Source: a virus
Strand: one strand, 5' to 3'
Length of the DNA stretch: 64,000 nt
Virus record (IMG/VR): IMGVR_UViG_3300044695_008209
Location: 32,001 to 96,000 of that record
How positions within the stretch are numbered: the stretch's first letter is position 1; each line of letters starts with the position of its first letter. Below are positions 57,261-64,000 of this stretch, piece by piece. A program made the position numbers and the translations under genes. The notes under the pieces are model-generated. The model saw nothing but the letters and a program-made list of their open reading frames with translations. It had not been told where the DNA came from and made no database searches.

Positions 57261-57617
57261 CTAAGGGGGAACCCCGAAGGGCTCAGACCTCCTCGCAGAT
57301 GAGGCCCTGCGTGCCCAGGCCAGCGGCTGCCACCCCAGAGGGCAGCAGTCGTTGTAGTCCACCGAGCGATCCTCGCCCTCCACAGAGCACGTGGAGGGGA
57401 GCAGGACTCCGTCCTCCATGCGCCTGCCGGCGTACACCTCGATGAGCCGCTTCGGCGACGCGGGCATCTCGTCGATGGAGATCACCCCACTCACTTCGAC
57501 AGGTTTCAGCTCGAGGACGGGCATCGACGTGACCTCGAAGGCGCCGCACTCCTCGGGAACGTCGTCGGCGCGAGCAGCGGAGCAGGAGAGGAGGAGGATC
57601 AGGAAGATGTGTCGCAT
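57261..57617 (-). CDS. Secreted Cys-containing protein
   Basis: Signal peptide MRHIFLILLLSCSAARA; follows a class-A promoter. Confidence 0.6.
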   Translation of the reverse strand: MRHIFLILLLSCSAARADDVPEECGAFEVTSMPVLELKPVEVSGVISIDEMPASPKRLIEVYAGRRMEDGVLLPSTCSVEGEDRSVDYNDCCPLGWQPLAWARRASSARRSEPFGVPP

Positions 57618-57638
57618 AGAAACTCCGGGTTGTACTTA

Positions 57639-57675
57639 CTTATGACACAACCCGGGCACGCGTTTCACGACTAAA
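57639..57675 (-). promoter_or_regulatory. Class-A-like promoter TTTAGT-N25-CATAAG
   Basis: Variant of the bipartite motif, with longer spacing. Confidence 0.45.
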
Positions 57676-57679
57676 GAGA

Positions 57680-57709
57680 GCGGGCGGAGCGCTTTCGCAC
57701 TCCGCCCGC
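57680..57709 (-). terminator. Terminator of the recombination operon
   Basis: GCGGGCGGAG-TGCGAAAGCG-CTCCGCCCGC followed by TCTCTTT on the minus strand. Confidence 0.7.
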
Positions 57710-57785
57710 CTCAGTGGGCTGCCGCTGCCGGGGTACCTACTGCCGATGTCCCCTGCGGGGGTGCGATCGGTAGCCCCGGAGCAGC

Positions 57786-57974
57786 TCACCCTTGGACTGG
57801 AAGACCGAGGCGCAGAAGTTGCCCGAGGAGAGCGGCGTCGTCGCTGTTGACGTCCAGGTACACACCGAGGTTCTTCTCGGCCCACTGGTGCAGCTCCTCC
57901 GCAGACAAGCCGCGGAGGAGCGCCACGTCTACTTCAACGAAGCGCCCCGCCTTGGGGCTCTCCTCGCTGATCAG
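57786..57974 (-). CDS. Possible small protein (LISEESPKAGRFVEVDV...LPVQG), start uncertain
   Basis: Coding-like minus frame between the RG protein stop and the terminator; only a CTG start seen. Confidence 0.35.
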   Translation of the reverse strand: MISEESPKAGRFVEVDVALLRGLSAEELHQWAEKNLGVYLDVNSDDAALLGQLLRLGLPVQG

Positions 57975-59047
57975 TCCGAGACACGCTTGGCGACGTCCGC
58001 CAGCGTCTTGTCCTTCTTGTCGATGTCGTCGAGGTAGATCGACTCGACGCCGACGTGCACCTCGGCGAGCTGGGCCTTCATGCCCTTCAGGGTCTTGGTG
58101 GTGTTCGCGTCCGCCGCGTCGACCTTGGCGTCGATCTCGCCGAGGCTCTTCTCGACCGCGTCGAGGCGCTTGCCGATCTCGTTCTGGCCGTCGAGCACCG
58201 CCTCGAGCAGCTTCACGAGCCCGCTGGCGAGCCCGCTGGTGTCACCGCCGCCCGAGGACTTGGTCTCGGACTTCGGCTCCTCCTTCGGCTCCTCGGACCC
58301 ACGCCCGCGGCCGCGACCGCGCGGCTCGTCCTTCGGCTCGTCCTTGGGCTTGTCCTCGGCTCCGCGGCCCCGGCCACGACCCCGCGGCTCGTCCTTCGGC
58401 TCCTCCTTCACGTCCTCCTTGGACTCCTCGGCGCGGCCCCGGCCACGGCCGCGCGGCTCTTCCTTGGGCTCCTCGGCCTTGCCGCGCCCGCGCCCGCGGG
58501 GCTCGTCCTTGGGCTCCTCCTTCGGCTCCTCGGCCTTCGCGCGGCCGCGACCGCGCGGCTCGTCCTTCGGCTCCTCGGCCTTGCCCCGGCCGCGACCGCG
58601 CGGCTCGTCCTTGGTCTCGGGGGCCTTGCCGCCCCCGCCACCCTTCTTGGCCGCGGCGCTGAGCTCGAGGACCTCGCTCTCGTCGAGCTCCTCGATGCCC
58701 GGGAACGCGTCCTTGAGGATCTCGTAGAGCCCGTCGATGTCCATCTGGAAGAGCTTGAGGTCGTTGGGCTTGGCGAGGCCCGCGTCGACGGCGAGCTGGC
58801 GGAGGGTGGGCTTCTTGACACTGGCCATGATGTTCGGTTCCTTGGTAGACGATGGGGGATTCGGGGTAGGGAGTAAGGAGTGCGCGCCCATCTCTTCGAG
58901 CACCCTCACCCTCGCAGCCTGTACACCAGGCTGCGCATCTTCGTAGAGTTCGCAGCGACTCCTATCGACGAGCATCTGGGCGGTCACCCGTTTGCATCGA
59001 GAGAGGTGTTCGCACCCTAAGCAGCTGCCACGCTCAGAGCATGTCAC
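57971..59047 (-). CDS. RG-repeat intrinsically disordered protein with C-terminal coiled coil (alternative start 58828)
   Basis: Six EPRGRGR repeats; heptad C-terminus; Cys-rich N-terminal extension if started at 59047. Confidence 0.75.
   Translation of the reverse strand: MTCSERGSCLGCEHLSRCKRVTAQMLVDRSRCELYEDAQPGVQAARVRVLEEMGAHSLLPTPNPPSSTKEPNIMASVKKPTLRQLAVDAGLAKPNDLKLFQMDIDGLYEILKDAFPGIEELDESEVLELSAAAKKGGGGGKAPETKDEPRGRGRGKAEEPKDEPRGRGRAKAEEPKEEPKDEPRGRGRGKAEEPKEEPRGRGRGRAEESKEDVKEEPKDEPRGRGRGRGAEDKPKDEPKDEPRGRGRGRGSEEPKEEPKSETKSSGGGDTSGLASGLVKLLEAVLDGQNEIGKRLDAVEKSLGEIDAKVDAADANTTKTLKGMKAQLAEVHVGVESIYLDDIDKKDKTLADVAKRVSD
58276..58613 (-). repeat. Imperfect coding tandem repeat (PKDEPRGRGRGKAEE-like, 6 copies)
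   Basis: Seen directly in DNA and translation. Confidence 0.9.
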
Positions 59048-59363
59048 GGCTAAATCCCGTGGTACGCCCGTCCCCCCAACACCGCATCACGGTGAGATCG
59101 GGACATCCGAACGTAGTGCATTTTCCGTCGCACCCAGGAAGCTGGCTGAGGAGCCGGTTCTTGTGCTTCGTGATGTGCGCCTGCATCGCCTTCCGGCGCT
59201 CCTGCAGTCGGTCTTCGGGCAGACCCTCCTCCGTGAGGATCAGCTCGACGAGGTCGGCCCGGTTGTTGTCGCGAGACACGTTCCCGAGCCCTGCGACTCG
59301 TGCCACCTGGACGAGCTCGCTGCGGTTCATCTGGCTCAGCATGCTGCGGATGTCGTCAGCCAC
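59034..59363 (-). CDS. Rho-N/HeH-like domain protein with Cys cluster
   Basis: NRSELVQVARVAGL......RADLVELIL; CDGKC...C......CW. Confidence 0.55.
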   Translation of the reverse strand: MADDIRSMLSQMNRSELVQVARVAGLGNVSRDNNRADLVELILTEEGLPEDRLQERRKAMQAHITKHKNRLLSQLPGCDGKCTTFGCPDLTVMRCWGDGRTTGFSRDML

Positions 59364-59865
59364 GTAGGTCTCGCAGGTAGGGGGTGGGGACGCCGTAGCG
59401 TTCTGGGTCTGCCTCTTCCAGGATCATGTGCACCTCTGGTATAGCGCTGTCCCCGCCGACCAGCTTCACACCGTGACCCTCCCAGAAGAGGGAGTCATCA
59501 ATCCCGATCGCTTCCGCGAGTGCGTCCTCGAGGAGCTTACGCCTATTCGTGGTATCGACTCGCTTATACGGACTTTTCGTCGTTCCTTTCAGCCACCCGG
59601 CCGTGAGGAGCTCGTCCGAGGGGAAGACGAAGATGAAGGACAGCTCGTACACCGTCCACGGCTTGTGCTCCCGGACGAACTTCTGCACCTCGATGAAGTA
59701 GGCGTCGTTGATGTGGCGCACGACCAGCTTCTTGTAGTTCAGCGCCTCCGTCGTGTACCTGATCATCGCGTGGCGCTTGCCACCGTACTGGGTGTAACCG
59801 ACGTCGCGGATGTGGTTGTCCGACGGGGGCAGGACGCCGTACGAGATGCTCAGGCAGCGCGTCAT
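59356..59865 (-). CDS. rusA: RusA-like Holliday junction resolvase
   Basis: LPPSDN; DTTNRRKLLEDAL....IDDS. Confidence 0.75.
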   Translation of the reverse strand: MTRCLSISYGVLPPSDNHIRDVGYTQYGGKRHAMIRYTTEALNYKKLVVRHINDAYFIEVQKFVREHKPWTVYELSFIFVFPSDELLTAGWLKGTTKSPYKRVDTTNRRKLLEDALAEAIGIDDSLFWEGHGVKLVGGDSAIPEVHMILEEADPERYGVPTPYLRDLRG

Positions 59866-60470
59866 TCGCGCTCTCGGCCGCGCCGGCGGAACCTGTCCGC
59901 TCCGGGGTGGTCCTGCGGGATCCGGTCGACGCTGCCACCGCGGAAGCCCATGTCGAGCTCCATGCGCTTCGTCTCGATGATGCGCGAGATGAACTTCGCG
60001 TCGCGGGCCGCCCCCTCGGCGATCGTCGTGAGGAGCTCGAAGTAGGTCTTGGCCTCGATGTAGTTCGCGTTGGCCTCGATGTAGCGAACGTCGAGCGCGG
60101 CGAGGTCCGCCTTCTCCTGTGCGGTGCCCACCTTGGACTTCCGCACGGCGGCGAGCACCATGTCGAGCTTCTCCTTCGAGGAGAGCATCTCCGCCCGGGC
60201 CAGGACCACCTGCCCGGCCGTGTAGTCGGTGAAGGCCACCTGCAGGCCGTAGTACTCCCCGATCTCATTGGGCTTGAGCGAGGGCAGGTTGATGGGGACG
60301 CGCCCGTCGTAGACGCGCCCGTTCGACATGACCGGCGGGGTGCTCCGCAGCTCGAGGCCGGTCTTCGCGAACTTCCGCAGCGCGCGATCCTCGGCCTCGT
60401 CGTAGCGGTCGAGCCCCTCCTCGAGGGGCATGGACATCAGGTCGTCGGCGTGTTGGGTTCCTCTGGCCAT
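59862..60470 (-). CDS. UvsY-like recombination mediator (helical)
   Basis: EKADLAALDVRYIEA...Y.E.L.......AKFISRIIETKRMEL pattern; located in the RecA operon. Confidence 0.5.
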   Translation of the reverse strand: MARGTQHADDLMSMPLEEGLDRYDEAEDRALRKFAKTGLELRSTPPVMSNGRVYDGRVPINLPSLKPNEIGEYYGLQVAFTDYTAGQVVLARAEMLSSKEKLDMVLAAVRKSKVGTAQEKADLAALDVRYIEANANYIEAKTYFELLTTIAEGAARDAKFISRIIETKRMELDMGFRGGSVDRIPQDHPGADRFRRRGRERE

Positions 60471-60472
60471 GG

Positions 60473-61327
60473 CTATTTCCTCACGGTGAACGCCTTCCCG
60501 CCCTTCTTGTCGAGGCGCTGGGGACAGTCCTTGCTGTAGGGGCACTCCGCGCACTCCGCGGGCGACGCGTCGGCGATGGGCGGGGTGCCCTCGTCGAGAG
60601 ACTCCTGCACGCGCTCTCCCTTGGTGCGCGACCACCGACGGAACACCGAGGGGTCGTACACCTCGACGTACTCCTTGATGTCGTGAGGCCAGTCCTTCGA
60701 GATGTACAGGTACACCGTGAAGGGGGCGTCGAGGGCCGTCGCGTACAGCCCGCCGGCCTGGATCCTGTGCTCGCCCTTGGGCTCCTTCAGCGCGTTGAAC
60801 TCGGAGCCCATGCTCTTGATCTCGAGCACCCCGCGTACCTCTGGGAGCGTGACGAGACCGTCGGTGTTCCCGGCGACCAGCGTCCCGATCTCGATGCGCT
60901 TCTCGTCCTCGAACGCGTCGCCCAGGTCCTCGTGCAGGATCTCCTGGACGAGATCGTGCATCGCGTGCCCGATCTTGAAGGTGAACATGAGCGGCGGCTT
61001 GAACGTGGCCTGCGGCGCGAACTCGCCGGTCACGTCGTAGTACAGCCGCAGGACGCACTTGTCCGCCGAGGACGGGTGGATGACGCCTACCGTCCTCGGC
61101 TTGGGGCGCTTCCAGATCCCGGTGCCCTTGCAGTGGTGGCACTCCAGCCCCTCCGCGTCGATGGCCGTGATCTCGGCCAGGTACGCGGCGCGCGTGAGGC
61201 CGACCTCCTTGGACTTCCTCTGGAGCCCGGCGATGACGCGGCCGCGCAGGTTCAGCGCCTCCGCGGCCGCCTTGATGTCGCGGTCGTGCGCCCCCTTGAG
61301 GTCGTCGATGCTGTGGATGGGGGTCAT
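60473..61327 (-). CDS. Cas4-like PD-(D/E)xK exonuclease
   Basis: PSSADKC; GHAMHD; GNTDG; LEIKS; Q...Y; CAECPYSKDC. Confidence 0.85.
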   Translation of the reverse strand: MTPIHSIDDLKGAHDRDIKAAAEALNLRGRVIAGLQRKSKEVGLTRAAYLAEITAIDAEGLECHHCKGTGIWKRPKPRTVGVIHPSSADKCVLRLYYDVTGEFAPQATFKPPLMFTFKIGHAMHDLVQEILHEDLGDAFEDEKRIEIGTLVAGNTDGLVTLPEVRGVLEIKSMGSEFNALKEPKGEHRIQAGGLYATALDAPFTVYLYISKDWPHDIKEYVEVYDPSVFRRWSRTKGERVQESLDEGTPPIADASPAECAECPYSKDCPQRLDKKGGKAFTVRK

Positions 61328-61779
61328 TGATTCTCACGGTAGTTGGTAAGGAGTTGCTCGAACCAGTCGCTCGGCAGGACGACGAACTGCTCGCGCAGGT
61401 TGTCCTCGAAGGCGATGCGCATGATGGGGATCTCGTCCCCCTGCGCGGCTGCTGCGATCTTCCGGAGGTCAGCGCGTCGCAGCACGAAGGAGTCCTTCGT
61501 CGTGGTCTTGTCCTCCTCCCGGAGCAGACCCCTGATCTTCACGTCGCCCTTGTCCTTCCCGGCGCCGGAGTTGGCAGTGAGCCTCCCGCCGACGCTGCGG
61601 GCGTTGAACTTCTCCTGGCGACTCGAGCGCCCGCGGGTCGTCTCGCGCTTCGGCAGGCGCTTCTTCTCGTGCGGGTCGCCGAACTGGAAGTCGCACGCCC
61701 TGCAGACGTAGCCACGACCAGCCGGCGCCTCCGACACGTTGATCCGCAGCGTGCACTGCGGGCACATCGGCACTCGCAC
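61324..61779 (-). CDS. Hjc-like PD-(D/E)xK resolvase with N-terminal Zn ribbon
   Basis: CPQC..CRAC; EKFNA..VGG....SGAG..KGDV....EDKTT. Confidence 0.75.
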   Translation of the reverse strand: MRVPMCPQCTLRINVSEAPAGRGYVCRACDFQFGDPHEKKRLPKRETTRGRSSRQEKFNARSVGGRLTANSGAGKDKGDVKIRGLLREEDKTTTKDSFVLRRADLRKIAAAAQGDEIPIMRIAFEDNLREQFVVLPSDWFEQLLTNYRENQ

Positions 61780-62976
61780 TTATGGCACCAACGCCACGTT
61801 CGCTGCGCGGAGGATCTCCTCGGTGAGCTCCCCGATGAGGTCGCACGACACGATGGCCGCGGCCGCCTTGTCCTTGCTCGCCCCGAGGATGAGGCCGCTG
61901 TAGGAGTACGAGTTCCCGTTCTTGTCGATGAGGTCGTACTCCAGGCCGAGGCGGAGGAGGAGCTCCCCCATGTCGATGTCGCAGTCGGCGAACATGTAGT
62001 TGTACTGGCCGGTGTGCCCCTCGTACCCGCCCGCCTTCTGCTTGGTGATCTCCCACTTCTCGACCTTGCCGACGCGCTCCTTGTCGTCGTCGCTGCCCTT
62101 CGTCACCCACGCCATGCGCTGCAGCTCGACGGTGAGGAAGCGGGCGTGCTTCAGCGCCCACCCGCCCGACTCGTGCGTCTGCTTCTCGAAGGCCTGCGCC
62201 TTCAGCTTGTCGCGCACCTGGTTGATGCCGACGAAGCAGGTGAGGTTCGGGTTGCCCTTGGCGTCGGCCCCGAACGCGCTGGTGAGCTTCCGCATCAGCT
62301 TCGTGTTCAGCCCTGCGGGACCGCCCACACGGCTGTCCTTGTCGAAGCCCTGCTCCTCCTCGGCGTCCGTCAGGATGGACCCGAAGGAGTCGAGCGCGAC
62401 GATGTTGAAGTCGCCGCTGCCCACGAGGTCGACCGCGATCTCGAAGGACTCCTCGGCCGTGCTCGGCGGTACGACCACGAAGGTCCCCACCTGCACCTTG
62501 AGGGCCTCGCGCTCCGCCGCCGAGAGGGCCGGCAGGCGGAGCGACTTGCGACGCTGGTCCTCCTGCGCGATCTCGTCGTTCGACAGGGCGACCTTCACGC
62601 CGCAGCTGTGCCCCTGCGTCTTGTCGTAGGGGAGCTCGGTCCCGATGACAGCGATGGCGCACTCCTCGCCGTAGATGCGCTGCTGCCCGCGGATGAGACG
62701 GTTGAGCAGGAAGTTCTTCCCCTCGCCCGGCTTGCCGACGAGCATGGTCATGCCGCCGGCGGGAGCACCGCCGTTGGTCGCGATGTCGAGGTCCGGGATG
62801 CCGAAGGCCAGGCGACGCATCGCCCAGGGCATCGTGTACTCGTCCCCCATCATCACGTGGCCCGGGTACCGACCCTTCAGCGTGGTGACGAGGGTACGCA
62901 GGCGGTCTTGCTTCGCAGAGCGGGGGATCACGGGCTCTGCGCCCGGCTCCTCAGCGCTGGCTTTGCGTCGGGCCAT
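61780..62976 (-). CDS. recA: RecA-family recombinase
   Basis: GKPGEGKN Walker A, IVALDS Walker B, INQVRDK, SGGWALK, RecA-type C-terminus. Confidence 0.9.
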   Translation of the reverse strand: MARRKASAEEPGAEPVIPRSAKQDRLRTLVTTLKGRYPGHVMMGDEYTMPWAMRRLAFGIPDLDIATNGGAPAGGMTMLVGKPGEGKNFLLNRLIRGQQRIYGEECAIAVIGTELPYDKTQGHSCGVKVALSNDEIAQEDQRRKSLRLPALSAAEREALKVQVGTFVVVPPSTAEESFEIAVDLVGSGDFNIVALDSFGSILTDAEEEQGFDKDSRVGGPAGLNTKLMRKLTSAFGADAKGNPNLTCFVGINQVRDKLKAQAFEKQTHESGGWALKHARFLTVELQRMAWVTKGSDDDKERVGKVEKWEITKQKAGGYEGHTGQYNYMFADCDIDMGELLLRLGLEYDLIDKNGNSYSYSGLILGASKDKAAAAIVSCDLIGELTEEILRAANVALVP

Positions 62977-63139
62977 TCTTCTTCTCCTTCGGTTCCCACG
63001 GCTCGGATCCGCAGGAGGGGCAGTTCGGGGTGAGCCCCGCGTAGTTGACGTGAGCAGAGCCGCACTGGGGGCACGGGCGGCCCTTCATGCTGGCGATCTT
63101 GTCGAGTTCGCTGTCGAGCACGACGCCGTTCTTCTCCAT
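62951..63139 (-). CDS. Small Zn-ribbon protein
   Basis: AGGAGG RBS; CPQCG...CPSCG. Confidence 0.65.
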   Translation of the reverse strand: MEKNGVVLDSELDKIASMKGRPCPQCGSAHVNYAGLTPNCPSCGSEPWEPKEKKNGPTQSQR

Positions 63140-63154
63140 GACGACCTCCTGATG

Positions 63155-63164
63155 TGTACTCACA
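63155..63164 (-). promoter_or_regulatory. Class-B box TGTGAGTACA
   Basis: Exact 10-mer 15 nt upstream of ATG 63139. Confidence 0.7.
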
Positions 63165-63166
63165 CT

Positions 63167-63478
63167 CTAACCGGGAAGGGGCACGCCGGAGAGCTTCTTG
63201 CGAAGAGATCTCACGGGTCGAATCGTGAGGATGATCCTGCGCACCTCTGCCCGCTGCACGGCGTCCTCACCGTGCAGCGGATTCCCCACCACGGTGTCCC
63301 GCCGGTACGTGCGGATCGTGGGGATGACCCGGAAGAGTCCGCGCAGGATGACCTCACCCTGCTGCAGGAACTCCTCCTCGATGAGCACCCCGAGTTCATC
63401 CAGAACGTGTGCGACGACGTCCTTCGTGTACCCGGTGCGTGCTGCGACTTCGTCGCGCATCCGCGTGTGGGTGAGCAT
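63167..63478 (-). CDS. HU/IHF-like DNA-binding protein
   Basis: EVAARTGYTKDVVAHVLDEL...GEVILRGLFR...ILTIRPVRSLRKKL. Confidence 0.75.
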   Translation of the reverse strand: MLTHTRMRDEVAARTGYTKDVVAHVLDELGVLIEEEFLQQGEVILRGLFRVIPTIRTYRRDTVVGNPLHGEDAVQRAEVRRIILTIRPVRSLRKKLSGVPLPG

Positions 63479-63990
63479 CAGCCCTGCTTGGGATCGGTGA
63501 GCGCCGCGCGCTCTGCTGCCAGATCGCGCTCCTCGAAGCGCACTCCGTCGTACTGCGCCGGGAACCGCGCACGGAGCTTCGCGATGTTCCGCGCCATCAC
63601 GGTCTCCCGGGAGATGCCGAAGGCCTGGCACACGCCTCCGACGCCGCGCCAGATGTCTCGCAGGGCCACGAACGCCGAGTCGGGGTTCAGGTCCTTGGCG
63701 TGGATCGCGTGGCGCCGAACGAGGTCTGCCCAGAGGCAGATGTACGCGACGAGGCGTCGTTCAGCTTCGGTCCGCGGGAGGGACATCAGCTCCTCCTCCG
63801 GATCATCGAAGTCCCGCAGGTTCAGGGCGTCGAGCCCGACGGCCCAGTACCACATGACGTCCCCGAGCTCCTCGAGGGTGTTCACGCGGTCCCCCCGCTC
63901 GATGGCCTGCTGGAGCTCGACGATCTCGGTCGACATCCCCAGCGCACTGTGGAGCAGGCGAACCTTCGCCTCCCCGATGATGCCCTGCAT
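63478..63990 (-). CDS. MazG-like NTP pyrophosphohydrolase (5' end may lie outside the window)
   Basis: LHSALGMSTEIVEL; LEELGDVMWY; NIAKLRARFP. Confidence 0.85.
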   Translation of the reverse strand: MQGIIGEAKVRLLHSALGMSTEIVELQQAIERGDRVNTLEELGDVMWYWAVGLDALNLRDFDDPEEELMSLPRTEAERRLVAYICLWADLVRRHAIHAKDLNPDSAFVALRDIWRGVGGVCQAFGISRETVMARNIAKLRARFPAQYDGVRFEERDLAAERAALTDPKQG

Positions 63991-64000
63991 CCGGGGCTCG

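Noticed and set aside
57792-58037. Plus-strand 81-aa ORF
   Set aside because: Antisense to a minus-strand operon; the minus frame looks more coding-like
60473-61327. CRISPR-Cas system (Cas4-like gene)
   Set aside because: No repeat-spacer array or other cas genes; solo Cas4-like nucleases are common in phage recombination modules

Overview
This is a 64 kb segment of a large, GC-rich tailed phage, probably a contractile-tailed jumbo-type virus; the host is not determined. No capsid, portal, terminase, sheath, polymerase, integrase or CRISPR array is visible here. Layout: (i) 1-4.6 kb and 13.9-22.7 kb hold mostly minus-strand small accessory genes, including a SLOG protein, a 228-nt tRNA-like RNA, a thermonuclease, an SspB-like adaptor and an ATP-dependent DNA ligase. 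(ii) 4.7-14 kb is a plus-strand block with a glycosyltransferase-like gene, two Ogr/Delta-like zinc fingers, a probable tail chaperone pair with a -1 slippery site, GroES and two Ala-rich proteins. (iii) 22.8-57.3 kb is a tail/baseplate operon: tape measure, a hub carrying an M15 peptidase, a 2216-aa baseplate J-like protein and other giant proteins, with a sigma factor embedded in it. (iv) 57.3-64 kb is a minus-strand recombination operon: RecA, two resolvase-like nucleases, Cas4-like, UvsY-like, HU-like, MazG-like and an RG-repeat protein. Most notable are two phage-specific cis-regulatory motifs (TTAGC-N21-25-CATAAG cassettes and TGTGAGTACA boxes), a set of proteins sharing a K-x-A motif that includes the sigma factor (hypothesis: protease-matured virion cargo), and the odd tRNA/tmRNA-like RNA. 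All family assignments come from motif recognition by eye; no database search was run.
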